From NCBI RefSeq assembly GCF_009834535.1, contig NC_045696.1, positions 14,138,001 to 14,202,000 of the forward strand: DNA of 64,000 nt. The letters run 5' to 3'. The notes beneath the pieces are model-generated. The model saw only the letters and a program-made list of their open reading frames with translations. It was not told the origin of the DNA and did not search any database. The translations under genes and the position numbers were made by a program. This DNA comes from Camelus ferus (taxonomy: Eukaryota). Below, piece after piece: positions 51,811 to 64,000 of the stretch (position 1 is its first letter; every line of letters begins with the position of its first letter).

Positions 51811-52789
51811 TCTTAGATACATGCATAAGTGTACCAAGAGACATGAACAACATTGTTTGTGGCAGCACTATTTGTAAAATATTGTTAAAAATTCAAAATA
51901 ACACAAATAACCATCAAAAGTACAAATTGTGATACATTTGTGCATTGAAACTTTATACGGCAGTAAGAATTAACACGAAAACAAAATATATGAATAAAAA
52001 ATGTTAATCAAAAGAAGCCAGATTTAAAGTCCTGTTTGTGTGATTCCATTTGCATAAGCTTCAAAACTTGGCAAAACAAATTTATGTTTCTGGATATCAG
52101 AGATGAGGAATGGTTACTCTTAGGCGCTGATATCAAATGGAAACAGGCATAAGGAGAGTCATTTGAGATATTAGTGTTATGCAATTTTGGGATCTAAGTA
52201 CTGATTAAACAGGTATATTTTGAATATTCATCAAGTTCTACCCTTCTGATTTACGCACACTCTGAATGTTATACAATATACATAAATAAAGGCTCTTTTT
52301 GCTTATTAAGAGCATAAACATAAGTTAAATCAGTTCATGAAAAGTATTTTGTAGGAAGCATCATCTAGTAGACAAGGCATGTTTCCATCTGAGAACAGAT
52401 GGAGAATTTGCCAGACTTCCAGCATCAAGTTCCCTTTCAAGGTACCCACTCATCCATTAAACACAACATAAAACTTTAGATTGTATAAAGGGGTTATATA
52501 TATAAATTATAATATAAAATATATATAATTATATATCATTTAAAATAGAATTATAACATGTAAATATTATGATTTATAATTAATATATGAATATTAGAGT
52601 ACATATGTAAAATAAACATTTCTAGAAATCCACAGTTGAGTAAAACAAATGTAAAAAAAATAAACCTAGAGGAATTCTTGTGTGCCCTGTGTCATCTCGA
52701 GTAATTTAGTAATATTTATCAACTGACCAAATCTAGAATGAGCAAAGGCTTTAAAAATAAACAAATTCTTCTTTCTAAAAAGAATAGAT

Positions 52790-53795
52790 TCTTTTTTTGG
52801 TCATTTTTAGACTTGCAGAAAAATTTAGCAAAAAATAAGAAAGTTCTTATACATACCTTCACCCTCCTCCCTCCAATCTCTGCTATTATTAATTTCTTAC
52901 ATTAGTGTGGTACATTTACCAGAATTGATGAGCCAATATTCATACACAGTTATTAACTAAAGACCATTGTTTACTAGTGTACATTGTGTTGTACATTCTG
53001 AGTTTTGACAAGTGTATAATAATGTATATTCACCATTATTGTATCATGCAAGGTAATTTCACTGTCCTAAAAATCTCCAGTGCTTCACCTATTTATCCCT
53101 CTTTCCCTCCCCCACACCACTGGCAATCAGTGATCTTTTTATTGTTTTATTGGCTCCATTGTTTTACCTGTTTCAGAGTGCCTTATAGTTGGAATCATTC
53201 AGTACATAGGCTTTACAGATTGTTTCAGCAATAAGCATTTAAGGTTTTTCCATGTCTTCTCATAGTTTGATAACTCACTTTATTTTATTGCTGAATAATA
53301 TTTTATTGTATGGATGTATTACAGTTTGTTTATTCATTCATCTATTGAAGGACATCTTGGCTGCTTGCATGTTTTACCATTATGAATAAAGCCACTATAA
53401 ACATCTATATGCAGGTTTTTGGGTGGACATATGTTTTCAAGTCATTTGAGTAAATACCAAGGAGCATGAATGCTAGGTGGTGTGATACGATTATGTTTAG
53501 TTTTATAAGAAACTACCAAACTCTTCCAAAATAGCTGTAGCATTTTGCATTCCCACCAGCAATGAATGAGAGTTCCTGCTGCTCCACATTCTTGCCAGCA
53601 TTTGGTGCTGTCAGTGTTCAGAATTTAACCACTATAATAGGTATGAAGTAGTTTTAATTTGCAATTCCTCAAGGATATAATATGTTGAGCAGTTTTTCAT
53701 ATGCTTATTTGTCATCTGTATATCTTCTCTGGTGAGATGTCACTCAGATCTTTGCCCATTTTTTAATTGGGTCATTTGTTTTCTTGTTGTTGAGA
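52790..53795 (-). mobile_element. L1MA/MB-type 3' fragment
   Basis: ttagtgtggtacattt ... attgctgaataatatttt ... ttgcattcccaccagcaatgaatgagagttcc. Confidence 0.85.
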
Positions 53796-54907
53796 AAATA
53801 CCTCGTGTAAACCTCACATATTCCAAAAGCCATATATTATTCCATTGCTGTTATGCAATAATATGGTTTTGTCTCTCTTTAATCAATCTTGATCAGTCTT
53901 GAATAAAAGCCTGTTATTGGAATAATTTACCTTGAAACTCTTCTAGTAAGAGGCTCTGAGAAATATAGTTTCTAGTCTCTGTGATAAAAGGAAGAAAATG
54001 TAGAGAATAGTACAGGGTTGCTCTCAGAAAATTTAGTAGTATAGGTTTTAGACAAATAATGTGTTCCTTTTTTTTCAGACCAATGCTTCTTGTTAAAAGT
54101 CCTTATTTTAGACAGAAGTTTTTGTTCCATTATAATATAAAAATTTATAAGAACATATATAATTTTCACTCATAAAGAATCAAAATTCTACCTCTAGTGA
54201 ATTAACTAATATAAGAAAAATGAATAGACAAGTAAATAATAAATTGCATGGTTGAACTGATACACTCACATAGACACAAAAATGATAAAAATCTAAATGT
54301 GAATGAAAATACCTATTTATATGAATTTATGGAACAAAAAGTCTATGACCTAATGAACAGGCAGACTGTCCATCATAAGCAATCATTAGAAATGTATAGC
54401 TACAGAAGAAATGTTTGCATTAATTTGCTTAATCAGTAAAGATAATTATCTATTTTGTGGCTTCATTAACTTTTCTCATCCAAAAATCCATACTCATACA
54501 TAAGGATATTTATAATATTACATTACACATTTCATAGTTAGATAAAAATAAATACTCCCCAAAATGTGATATAGGAGCTTTCCATGAAAATTAATCATAG
54601 CCTCTAAACAAAAATAGAATGAGTAAGGGCTTTTTAAATGGACTAAGAATTGCTTATTAAAGGCACCTGATTTGACTGTTGGAATTCTGACATAATCATA
54701 AATTATTCTTATGAGAAATTTTCTGCCAACAAACAATAGATTCAAGAAATTTTAAATGCAAATTACTCTGAAATGTGAGGCCCAAACTTCCCATGGTCGC
54801 CCCACCTTCTACTGGGTGGAAATATACAAAAGCCTATTGGCAGATGGTGATTTTTGAACGCAGGAAACTGATTCTTAGCTTCTTAACTAAACCCACTGCT
54901 CACCATA

Positions 54908-55053
54908 ATGCGCTATTACAGCAGCTACTCTGGTGGCTTGGACTGTGGCTTTGATGCCCTGGGTTCTGGCTCTGGCCATGACTGTGTCGGTCCGGATACA
55001 GCTGCTGCCACCCATCTTGCTATAATGGATGTCGGTCATAAGGACTCTACTGA
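54908..55053 (+). pseudogene. KRTAP20-like pseudogene (frameshift plus nonsense)
   Basis: MRYYSSYSGGLDCGFDALGSGSGHDC, then a shift, then GYSCCHPSCYNGCRS*GLY*. TAA at 55039-55041. TATA degenerate, AATAAA at 55343-55348. Confidence 0.85.
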
Positions 55054-56099
55054 AAAACTCCTATAGCCACTCACACTATTGGTCTCCTTCACCTGTGTCT
55101 TCTGACTTTTTCACTAAAGATCTTCTGTTCTGTCTTTCAGAAGTGAACACTTCATCCTCGGGTACCTGAAACAAACAAAACAAAACAAAACCTCCACAAA
55201 ATTATACGGTCTTGGTCCAATTTATTTCAATCTAGTTGACCAAATCCCTTATAATATCTCACAATTTACAGTAACTCTAATCCTTGATACCCCATTATCA
55301 TTATACTTCATTTATTTACTATAACATCTTTATGTCATTTTCAATAAATCCTGTGTTTTATTGTAAACAATGCTGTTTAGAATTTATTCACATTTCTATC
55401 TTATGTTTGCATGCCATGTGTGTTCAATTGTGAGTATGAAAGAAGGATAAAGGAAGAAAAGAGGAAAGAAAGGAAGACTGGAAAGAAGGGAGGAGGAAGG
55501 GAAGGAGGGAGGGACAAAGAGAGAGAGAAAGAGAAATACTTGCACAAGTTTCTCCTACAGGGATGATGTGTCTGCGAGACCTAAGAGTGGACAAACTGTT
55601 CTTCCTTTCTGCACTCATGTAAATCTGCGCATTCAAGTGCCTGTAGCCCACATATATTTATTAGCATCTGCATCCTATCAGGTTAAAGTTGGAGCCTCAT
55701 ATTTTGTGTTATTGCTTCCCCAGTGAAATTAATGACTTGATTCTCACTGGCATATTTTGTGACCGTCTCTTTTAGCTCTCTCTGGTTAGTACCAAATGGG
55801 CCGCATCGGTAAGCTGACATCACTGGCCTCTTCTACTTACAGGCTTTACTTCTTTGGGTCATCGGCAGAAATGTCCAAATCACATTTCACTTAATTCTTC
55901 ACTTTACCAGATGTGAGGGTCACTTTTATTATAAGCAATGTTGTTTGTAATGGTGTTGGTACTTATCACCTCATCAGGTTACCAGGAGAGTAAAACTAGC
56001 TAGTTAAATATAAGATTAAACTGTGATATATCAAGGAAGGGGATTTTGTCCATTATTTTTCCTATACAGCTCGATAGCAAACAAAAAGCTGAATTAGTA

Positions 56100-57340
56100 T
56101 CTTACAAAAACAAAAGATAACTAAAAATGGCTAGTGGTATATAAAAAGGTGTTCAACTGTATTAGGCATCAAGAAAGCGAAATCACTACACATCTACCAA
56201 AATGGCCAAGAGGAAAAGGCAGGTGATATGAGATGTTGGTGAAAACGTAGAGCAACAGTGTATAGAGTTATCAAAGATACAACCACTTTGGAAAACTGTT
56301 TAGTAGTTTAAAGAAACTGAACAATTTTATAGTCTATAAAACTGCAATTCCAGTTCCACTTATGCCCCCAACAAATTGCAGAATAAATCTGTGGCAGAAT
56401 AAATTGCTTTTATTCAAATATTCACTCCCTCCTCCTTGACCTCCATGAGAAGATTTTACTTCCTTTCTCCATGGTTGTTGGCTTAGCTATGGAATTTGCA
56501 TGACCGCATAGTGGACAGGATGTATGTGGACAAAGAGTATATTCCCCATGTCTTGTCTTGCTTTCAACAATAGGATTAATAGACACGAGTAAAGGCTTGA
56601 AAACTACTTCCACAATTGGACTGCACCACTCTCATATCAGTTTTCCAGACGGAGAAGGGGATGAATCAGCAGGATGCTGGTCCAAGTTAGAGGAAACTTA
56701 CACGGATCTACCCCACTACTTTGTGCCAAGTCCAGACTAGTTCAGCCAAACCACAGACAACATGAAGACACGTGAGAGTAAAGTGAATCTTTATTACCAC
56801 ATAAAAAAGTGATTTGTGTCAGTTCATTATACAACGTAATTGTGGCAATATCTGAATGGGACGTACATAAGCTTTCTGAAAGATATATGCAAGAATATTC
56901 GTGAAAGTAGTGTTAATAATGGTTAAAATTAGAAACAGCCCAACATCAACCATAAATGGATAAATAAATTGTGGTATATCATGCAAGAGAATATTATTCA
57001 GCAGTAAAAATGCACACTATACGAACAAAATATATGAGTTTCAAAATCACAATGTTGAGCAAATGAAATCAGGTAAAAATAGTACATATTGTATGAGTGC
57101 ATTTATATTATGTGCAAAGTTTGTAGAAGAGATACGTGGTTTCAAAGGCAGAATGAGTAATGCCTGGGGATGGGGGCGGTAGTGGCGCTGGGAAGAAGTA
57201 TGAGTCCCCCTGGGTTCTGCTATTCTATCTCTTGATCTGAATGCTGATTAACTTCATAGGGTTATTTTGCTAAAATTAAGCTATTTCTACACATAATGGT
57301 TTACAGTCTTTTCTGTGTGTATTTTGGATTTCAATAAAGT
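56100..57340 (+). mobile_element. Ancient L1ME-type fragment with nested MLT1 (~56390-56855)
   Basis: aaaaggtgttcaact...aaccactttggaaaactgttt...gcaattccag, then MLT1 tgtggcagaata..., then L1 resumes at aaatggataaataaattgtggtatat. Confidence 0.7.
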
Positions 57341-57858
57341 GTACTCTAAAAAGTGGAATGGCAGAAAATCTAAACTTGGAGACCCATTATCCCTAAGGAA
57401 GTGGATAGACAAATTTATCAGATTTGTGATGTCAAATAATTTCTTCTTCCTTGTACCCAAAAACTTATTATGTATGATCTGAATTGTCAGAATGTATGTT
57501 TAACTTAAAGAAAATTTTTGTTAGGAAAAACAAACATCTGGAACATGACTTTCATGTTTTACGTTATCTCTTTTAACCCAGACGTGTTATGTTACCAAAT
57601 ACAGAATTAGGAAAGGTTTGAAAATAGGAGAGAAATCACTTTTTAAGTGTGCATCATACATTTCTGGCAATCTTGACATAATAGCAAGGTTCTTGCTTTG
57701 CATAAAAGAAAGATGGATCAAAAGTTTCAAAACTTCTCATGCAAACGTAGACCAAAACTACCTGTGGTTTTCCCAATGCAGAGGGCATCCAAACAGAAGG
57801 TGATAGTCTAAGAAACTGAACTCTCTGCTCTTCAATTGAACTTTGCACTCCCAACTCC

Positions 57859-57972
57859 ATGTGCTACTACAGAAACGACTCTGGCGACCTGGGCTGTGGC
57901 TTTGGTGGGTAAGGATACTGCTGCTGCTACCTATTTTGCTGTGGCAGATACTGGTCCCATGGATTCCACTAA
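57859..57972 (+). pseudogene. KRTAP20-like pseudogene (nonsense at codon 18, TATA/CACCC lost)
   Basis: MCYYRNDSGDLGCGFGG*GYCCCYLFCCGRYWSHGFH*. TAA at 57910-57912. AATAAA at 58252-58257. Confidence 0.88.
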
Positions 57973-58599
57973 GAAACTACCAGAGCAATTCAACCCATGG
58001 GTTTCACTCCCTGACTTCCTGAACCCTGCCTCCAGTTAATTCTCCCCTCTTTTCAAACATGGACAATGCATCTTAATTTCCTGAATGTGAGGTCAGAGAA
58101 ATTCAGATGCAACTTTGTCTTCATTATTGATGAAACACACAGAATATCTTACAATTAATAGGAAACATTTCCTTTTAATTATCATTTTACTTCTGTGTAA
58201 GGTTTAATTTAATAATGTCTCTCATGTACAAAAAGTTTAACTTCATTTTTAAATAAACTCTTATTAACTACATTGCTTTATTTTCATTTATATTTCTTGC
58301 TATTAGCTTTATGCTCATGCAACGGTGTATGTGTGACCTGTCAGATGGATTTAAGTGAGGTAAGTTTCATCCTTATTAAAGACTTTTAAAAAATACCTCT
58401 TCAAAAAAATTGAATATAAGACATACCTTTACAAATGATTTTGTATACAAATGATATGATTTCAGCCAGCATATTCAAAATTGAACATGTATATTTGTTA
58501 TTTGAGAATATCCATGACAAGAATATTGACAAATATCTATTTATTCAAAATTATAAAACATGTATTGCAGTTTCATCAAAGTATTAAAGGAATTCTCTT

Positions 58600-60000
58600 C
58601 CATTTTTTCCAGAGATGGTTAATGTCACTCTAATGTCCTTGCAAACTTTCAGTGTCCTCAAACAGTACTATTTAAGCAACTTTTTGCTACTCAAATATCA
58701 TAAATTTTAATTTTAAAATTTCACATTTAAATGTACAGCCAATCTGAAATTGATTTTTGCATATGGTATGAGCCATAGAAAAAGTTTTTCAAATGATATT
58801 TTCCAGCACCATTTATTGAAAAAATTATCTTTTCACTCACTGCACTGAACTGTACCTTTGATATATATCAGGTAATTGCATATTGTTAACATGCCTGGAC
58901 TCTTGATTTTCTTTATTGACCTTTTTGTCCATCTTATGTCAATAGTGTACCATTTTGATTAATGAACTTTAATACTAAATCTTGGCATCAGGTAATGTAA
59001 GTCTTCTAATTTTGCCTTTCAACATTTTCTTAGCTATTCTTGTCCCTTGAATTTCTATATAACTTATAGAGTCATCTAGTCAATTTTGACCCCCAAAAAG
59101 CAATAATTTAAAAAGCTCTAGCATTTAGAAAGAATTCATATCATAAAATTTCTGTTTTCTGTCCTTAAATTTGATATATCCTTCCATGTATTTAGATCTT
59201 CTTTAATCTCTCTCATTAATATTTTGTGATATTTAGTTTATCTTAACTATATTTCACTATATTTATTCCTAGATATTTAGTCTTTATGCTACTGTAAATG
59301 ATTTAATAATTAATTTTAATTTTATTTATTTATTATTTATTTCCTATTTACAGAAATAATGTTGCTTTTTGTATGTTAACCTAGAGTACAGAAACCTTGA
59401 TAACTTATTAATTCTAATAGCTTATTTATAGATTATTTTTGACTTTTATTATCTTTAAATCAACATTTTATTTTTGTTTGTGTAAACAATATCTTTCATT
59501 TCCTTCTTTCTTTCTTTCTTTCTTTCGGCCTATTTGATTAGATTGTAGCTCCAGGGCACCACTGGAAAGAGACTGTGTTATCAGTTATCCTCATTTTACT
59601 TAATCTCAGGAGGAACACTTCAACATTTCACCATTAAATATGAAGTTTGTTCTCCATAGTTGATCAGAATAAGGATTTGATCTATTTCTAGTTTGCTAAG
59701 AATTGTTATTTTAAATTGCTTTTGAGTTTTATTAAGTGTCTTCTCCGCAATTTTATTGAAAAAGTGGTGAACTTTCTCTTTTATCTTGTTAGTTTGGTCA
59801 ATCATACTGACTTTTTTTCCCCACTTTTTGTTCTAAAATAACTTCAAATTTACAGAAAAACTTCAAGAAAAACACAGAATACTAGTTTATTCCCCAAACC
59901 ATTTGAAAGTAATTTGCAGACATTATGTCCCATTATCCTGAAATAGTCTAAGCATGCATTTCCTACAAATAAGGACATTCTGTTCTGCCTCATTAGGCCA
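58600..60000 (-). mobile_element. Old L1M fragments
   Basis: tgatttttgcatatggtatgag, ccagcaccatttattgaaaa, aacatttcaccattaaatatga. Confidence 0.75.
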
Positions 60001-62140
60001 TGTGAATACCTTTCTACCCTGCTCAGATTCCACAACCCATTCCAGGCTTTTGTTGCCTCCACCTCAGCTTGCCTCCACCCTTCCTAACACTGCTTATGTC
60101 TCTAGATATTCATATTAAGTAATACATGTCTCTTTTCCTTCATCTTCAAAAGTTCCTGCATTTGTTTCTACTTGCGATCACTCTTCTTCTGCAGAAAAAA
60201 AAGCTCTATTGTATTTCTTACTGCAGGTCTGGTGGCCACTTTTCTCTAGGAAAAAAATTCTTTATTTTATATTAAATTTTGAAGGATACTTTCACTCAAT
60301 ATAGCGTTATAAGCTAGCAGGAATATTTCCCCATGACTGTCATGAAAGAGGTTTTTTTTTAAAACCAAGAAAAAGAAATTTATTGTTTGACACTATAAAT
60401 TTGCCTGTTGCATTAATTCACACATATACTATATGTTATCCCCCTGAGTGATGCCTTGTGCATACAATCACACTGTTAGGTGCAATTTTAAAGGTTTGCT
60501 TAAGGAAATAGAAATCACTTGGGGTATTTTAAGCAGAAAAGGTTTAATGCAGAGAAATGCATATCAAACCATGAGAAAGGCCATAGAAACAAAGGTCGAG
60601 AAAAGTTTCTACAATCACTCAAATTCACTTTTATCTTTTGTTGAGTAAGGAAGTTTCAGGAACCATAACATACTGACACTGAATGTCGCAGCTTCCTGCA
60701 GTATGTGGGTCAGAATTTCTCAGCAGAACTCAGTTCAAAACCCTACATCTGCCGAAGGTCAAATATCTCCTTACTGATGCCAATTAAATAATATGGCTTC
60801 TGTCTGTCTTTCAGGTCCCAGTCTTACTCAGGAGACTGCGACTGGCAGAATCTCTGGAGGACCTTTCTAGCTAGTAGCTTGGAAAGTATAGATGCCCATC
60901 AGTGGAATACACAAGAGGATACAGAGGAAGGAAGAGGGCAGAGTTGCCAATAGAAGATTTAGAACTTCAGGTTTCACTCAAACACATTGGTGTGTTGTTG
61001 CTATTTTTTCCACAGCATGATGTTTTCTTTAATACCTGGGTCTATGCAGTGTAGACAAGGAACATCTCAACTATTAAATTTAGGATATTAATTTTAAAGA
61101 AGAACATGGAGCATATCTTGCTTAGGAAACAGGCCATACCTTACAGAAATGAGATGGTACCTCTCTACTAAGCATCACTTTCTCACATAAATGACTGCCA
61201 GCCAGGACTAGTATTGGGCCAATGGTTTGCATGCTTTCTTATGCAAGGTTATGCTACTTCTAGAGGACGACTGAATGGGCAAGGGAAATCCTGGGTCCAG
61301 AGAGAGGAGAGTTAGAAATATTTCATAGCTGTGCTTGAGTATCAGCTGAGTCTTCATCAGTATCCCAGTTTTGACAAAGGGTTTTGACAACAGTGTGACA
61401 TACAGATTCACAAATTTGTATACCCACTCAAGAGATTTAATTAACACACTTGAAGGAAAATTAATAAATGAGTAAATGACAAATTGCATGGTTCAATGGT
61501 AAAATCACCCAGACCAAGGCAAGAATACTGAATAATAACAAAATCTAAGGTGAAAGGAGAGACGGCATTGAAACAACAAAGAAACATACAAGAAGTCATT
61601 CTTTTATAAGTAATCGCTGGAAAGTCATCTCTAGGGGAAATAGTTGCTTGTCCCTTAAACAAAAGGTAAACTGGCAGGTTTTTTTAACTTTAGTAATGTT
61701 TCCAAATCATGAATCCATAAGCCAACAGAGGGACATTCATAAATTCTAACCACACATTTCAATGTGAGATGAAAAGTATAACAACAGAAATAATAATTAT
61801 TAAGGACTTGAAAAAAAAATGAGCTTCCCATGCAAACTTGCCATGGACTTTAACAAAAACACTGTACAGAGGACATTGCAAATATAGCAAAATTTGCTTG
61901 TTACAGTCATCTTTACTTTGGTTGCGGGAATTCTGACATAACAGCAAAGGATTCTTGGTGATGAGGGCTTCTTTCTGCCTAGTAAACTACAAATTCTGGA
62001 AGTTTAAAAGCAAATTAATGTAAAATGAGTCTTCCCCCTGCCTGTGGATTATCCCACCCACCAAGGGCGGTTCCCTTGTTAATATTCACACAGAGGAAAC
62101 CGATCCTCTGCCCCCAGCTGAACCTTCCATTCCCCATAGT

Positions 62141-62277
62141 GTGTGCTGTTACAGCAGCTACTGCAGTGGCCTGGGCTGTGGCTGTGGCTGTGGCTGTGGC
62201 TGTGGCTGTGGTGGGTAGCGATGTGGCTGCTGCCGCCATCTTGCTGTGGCAGATACTGGTCCTATGGGTTCTCCTAG
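62141..62277 (+). pseudogene. KRTAP20-like pseudogene (ATG>GTG, nonsense, 1-nt deletion)
   Basis: VCCYSSYCSGL(GC)6GG*RCGCCR, then a shift, then SCCGRYWSYGFS*. TAG at 62216-62218. CACCC box kept, TATA lost. Confidence 0.88.
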
Positions 62278-63479
62278 TTCTTCTAGAGTCACTCAGCCAG
62301 TAAACTCACTCCTGTGCCTCCCAATTATCCTTCCTGCATTCTCCTTGTAAGTAATTTTTTTCTCTTTCTAAACAGTGGAAATTTTTATCCTAGACTATTT
62401 CAACTTCAGATTGAATACTACAAATTCAACATGCTTCAAGTTGATTGACCAAAGTTACATGTAATACCTCACAATTGATAAAAATATCTATGTTTGATAT
62501 TGTATTCCTTCTTCCTTCATTGTAGCTTAGCAACATTGATGTGAACAAAATTTTAAAATTTATATTTCAGTAAACTCTCTTTCATTGCAAAGTGCTGTGC
62601 ATTTAGATTCATTTCTTTCTGCCACTTATGTATGTTTGGGTGTGTATGTTTAATCTAAGGGCACATGGGGAAAAACAGGAATCTTTACAGATGTACAACC
62701 ACACATCTTAACAGCCTGGATAGTAAAATAATAACGCTGTATAAAATGGTTTTACTTGTCAGATAAGAGGAAAACTCTGTTCCGCAGCAGTACAAAAAGC
62801 AAGGCTCATACATTTTCTGTCCCTCATTCAACCTTCCGATGGCTCTAAAGAGTCTAGATGTGTGATTTATACAGAACACTCTGCTTGGCAAAACCTCCTT
62901 CAGTTAAAAAGACTTAGATTAATGAATGAGATTACCTTTTAACACCTGCTAAAATTACTAATAACTCACAAGTAGACATAAAAAACAGATTGCTTGAAGC
63001 ATGCTCTGTACATGCTCCTCCACAGCTAAGCTTACCCAACTCTCACTGTGCTCATTTTTCCTCACCAACATATTTTGTTCCCCCCACCTGACTCCATGCC
63101 AAACAATTTTTTTAAGTAAAATGTTACATTTTACCTTAAAGAAAATCTTAAAGCAGAATCTTTCCTAACTAATGGTCTAGACTTTCCAGGAGTACAAATT
63201 TCTCTCCATTTTGCACAAAGCACCTCTGTTCTCAACTGAAAAGTGAGGAAGATTAAAAGTGGCCCCCTGCCTTATGCATGCCCTCTGTTACTGTCAGAAA
63301 ACATCTGTTTCAATCCCAGGGAAACTGTAAGACAAAGATGACCCCAGAGAATGAGGCAGAGTTGTATTTGGAGGAGACTCAATCCTAGAACTGAGATGTC
63401 AAAGAGATATCTCTATAGTACCCACAGCTGGGACAGTGGCATTTAACAGGATTGTGATACATAGGTCAGCTAGAGACAG

Positions 63480-63555
63480 AGATAGATAAATAGATGATGA
63501 TGATAATGATGATAGATAGATAGATAGATAGATAGACAGATAGATAGATAGATAA
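63480..63555. repeat. (GAT)n/(GATA)n microsatellite
   Basis: Seen directly. Confidence 0.9.
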
Positions 63556-64000
63556 CAGAGAGATGATAGAGAAATGCAGACGTAGTGAAATGTTTATAAT
63601 TGAGGAATCAGAGTAAAGAAGACATAGAAATTCTTTTTACTGGTCTTATAGTTTTCTATTTGAAATACTTCAACACAAATTATACCAAAGGTGTTCAAAG
63701 AAATGACAAAGACAAATGGCTGATCACCAATTCTGTCTAAACTGCTCATGTAAAATGCTTCTGTGTGACTCTGAGCCACTCCAATCATCAACATCTGATG
63801 TAGTTAAATTCCCATCCTTAAGGTTTTAATGATGTAGTGCCTACAAAAGCAGCACTGTTCTCATATATACGTACTGTTGGCAGTTTCCTGATGCCACTGT
63901 GCTTCTGTGTGATTGTAATGTGTTCCTCCCACATCATGGTCTTCTGATTGCTCCTCTGTAGTTCAAGGGAAAAAAGCAGAACATCTGCCATGCGTTCTGG

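Larger units (their letters stand above)
50670..52290 (+). mobile_element. Ancient L1ME-type fragment with nested MER58 and MLT1
   Basis: ctggaaaactatttgg...actcagcaattct is interrupted, then resumes at gtaccaagagacatg...gcagcactatttgtaa. Confidence 0.6.

Noticed and set aside
1..64000. CRISPR arrays, operons, rRNA or other prokaryote-type systems
   Set aside because: The sequence is mammalian and has no regularly spaced repeat-spacer structure. The remaining short ORFs are consistent with chance in AT-rich repeat-derived DNA.

Overview
AT-rich mammalian DNA, most likely camelid (two Vic-1-type tRNA-derived SINEs and a matching young L1 family; this assignment is inferred). The window covers part of the high glycine-tyrosine keratin-associated protein (HGT-KRTAP) cluster. 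It holds 15 single-exon KRTAP loci: three intact KRTAP6 genes (minus strand), two KRTAP22-1-like copies (one intact, one with a 4-nt frameshift), three KRTAP20-like open frames (one probably decaying), and seven KRTAP20-like pseudogenes or relics. The rest is L1, L2, MIR, LTR and DNA-transposon debris plus microsatellites. The main structure not explained by the gene list is an old ~9-11 kb tandem duplication of a [KRTAP6(-) / KRTAP22(+)] module. Its junction appears to have created a chimeric middle KRTAP6 gene, and near-identical islands sit only over the genes, suggesting gene conversion. I found no evidence of a wholly new system such as a novel enzyme, CRISPR array or RNA gene. The novelty here is in gene birth, death and conversion in a hair-fibre gene cluster. 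Ortholog names and repeat subfamilies come from recall, not from a search.
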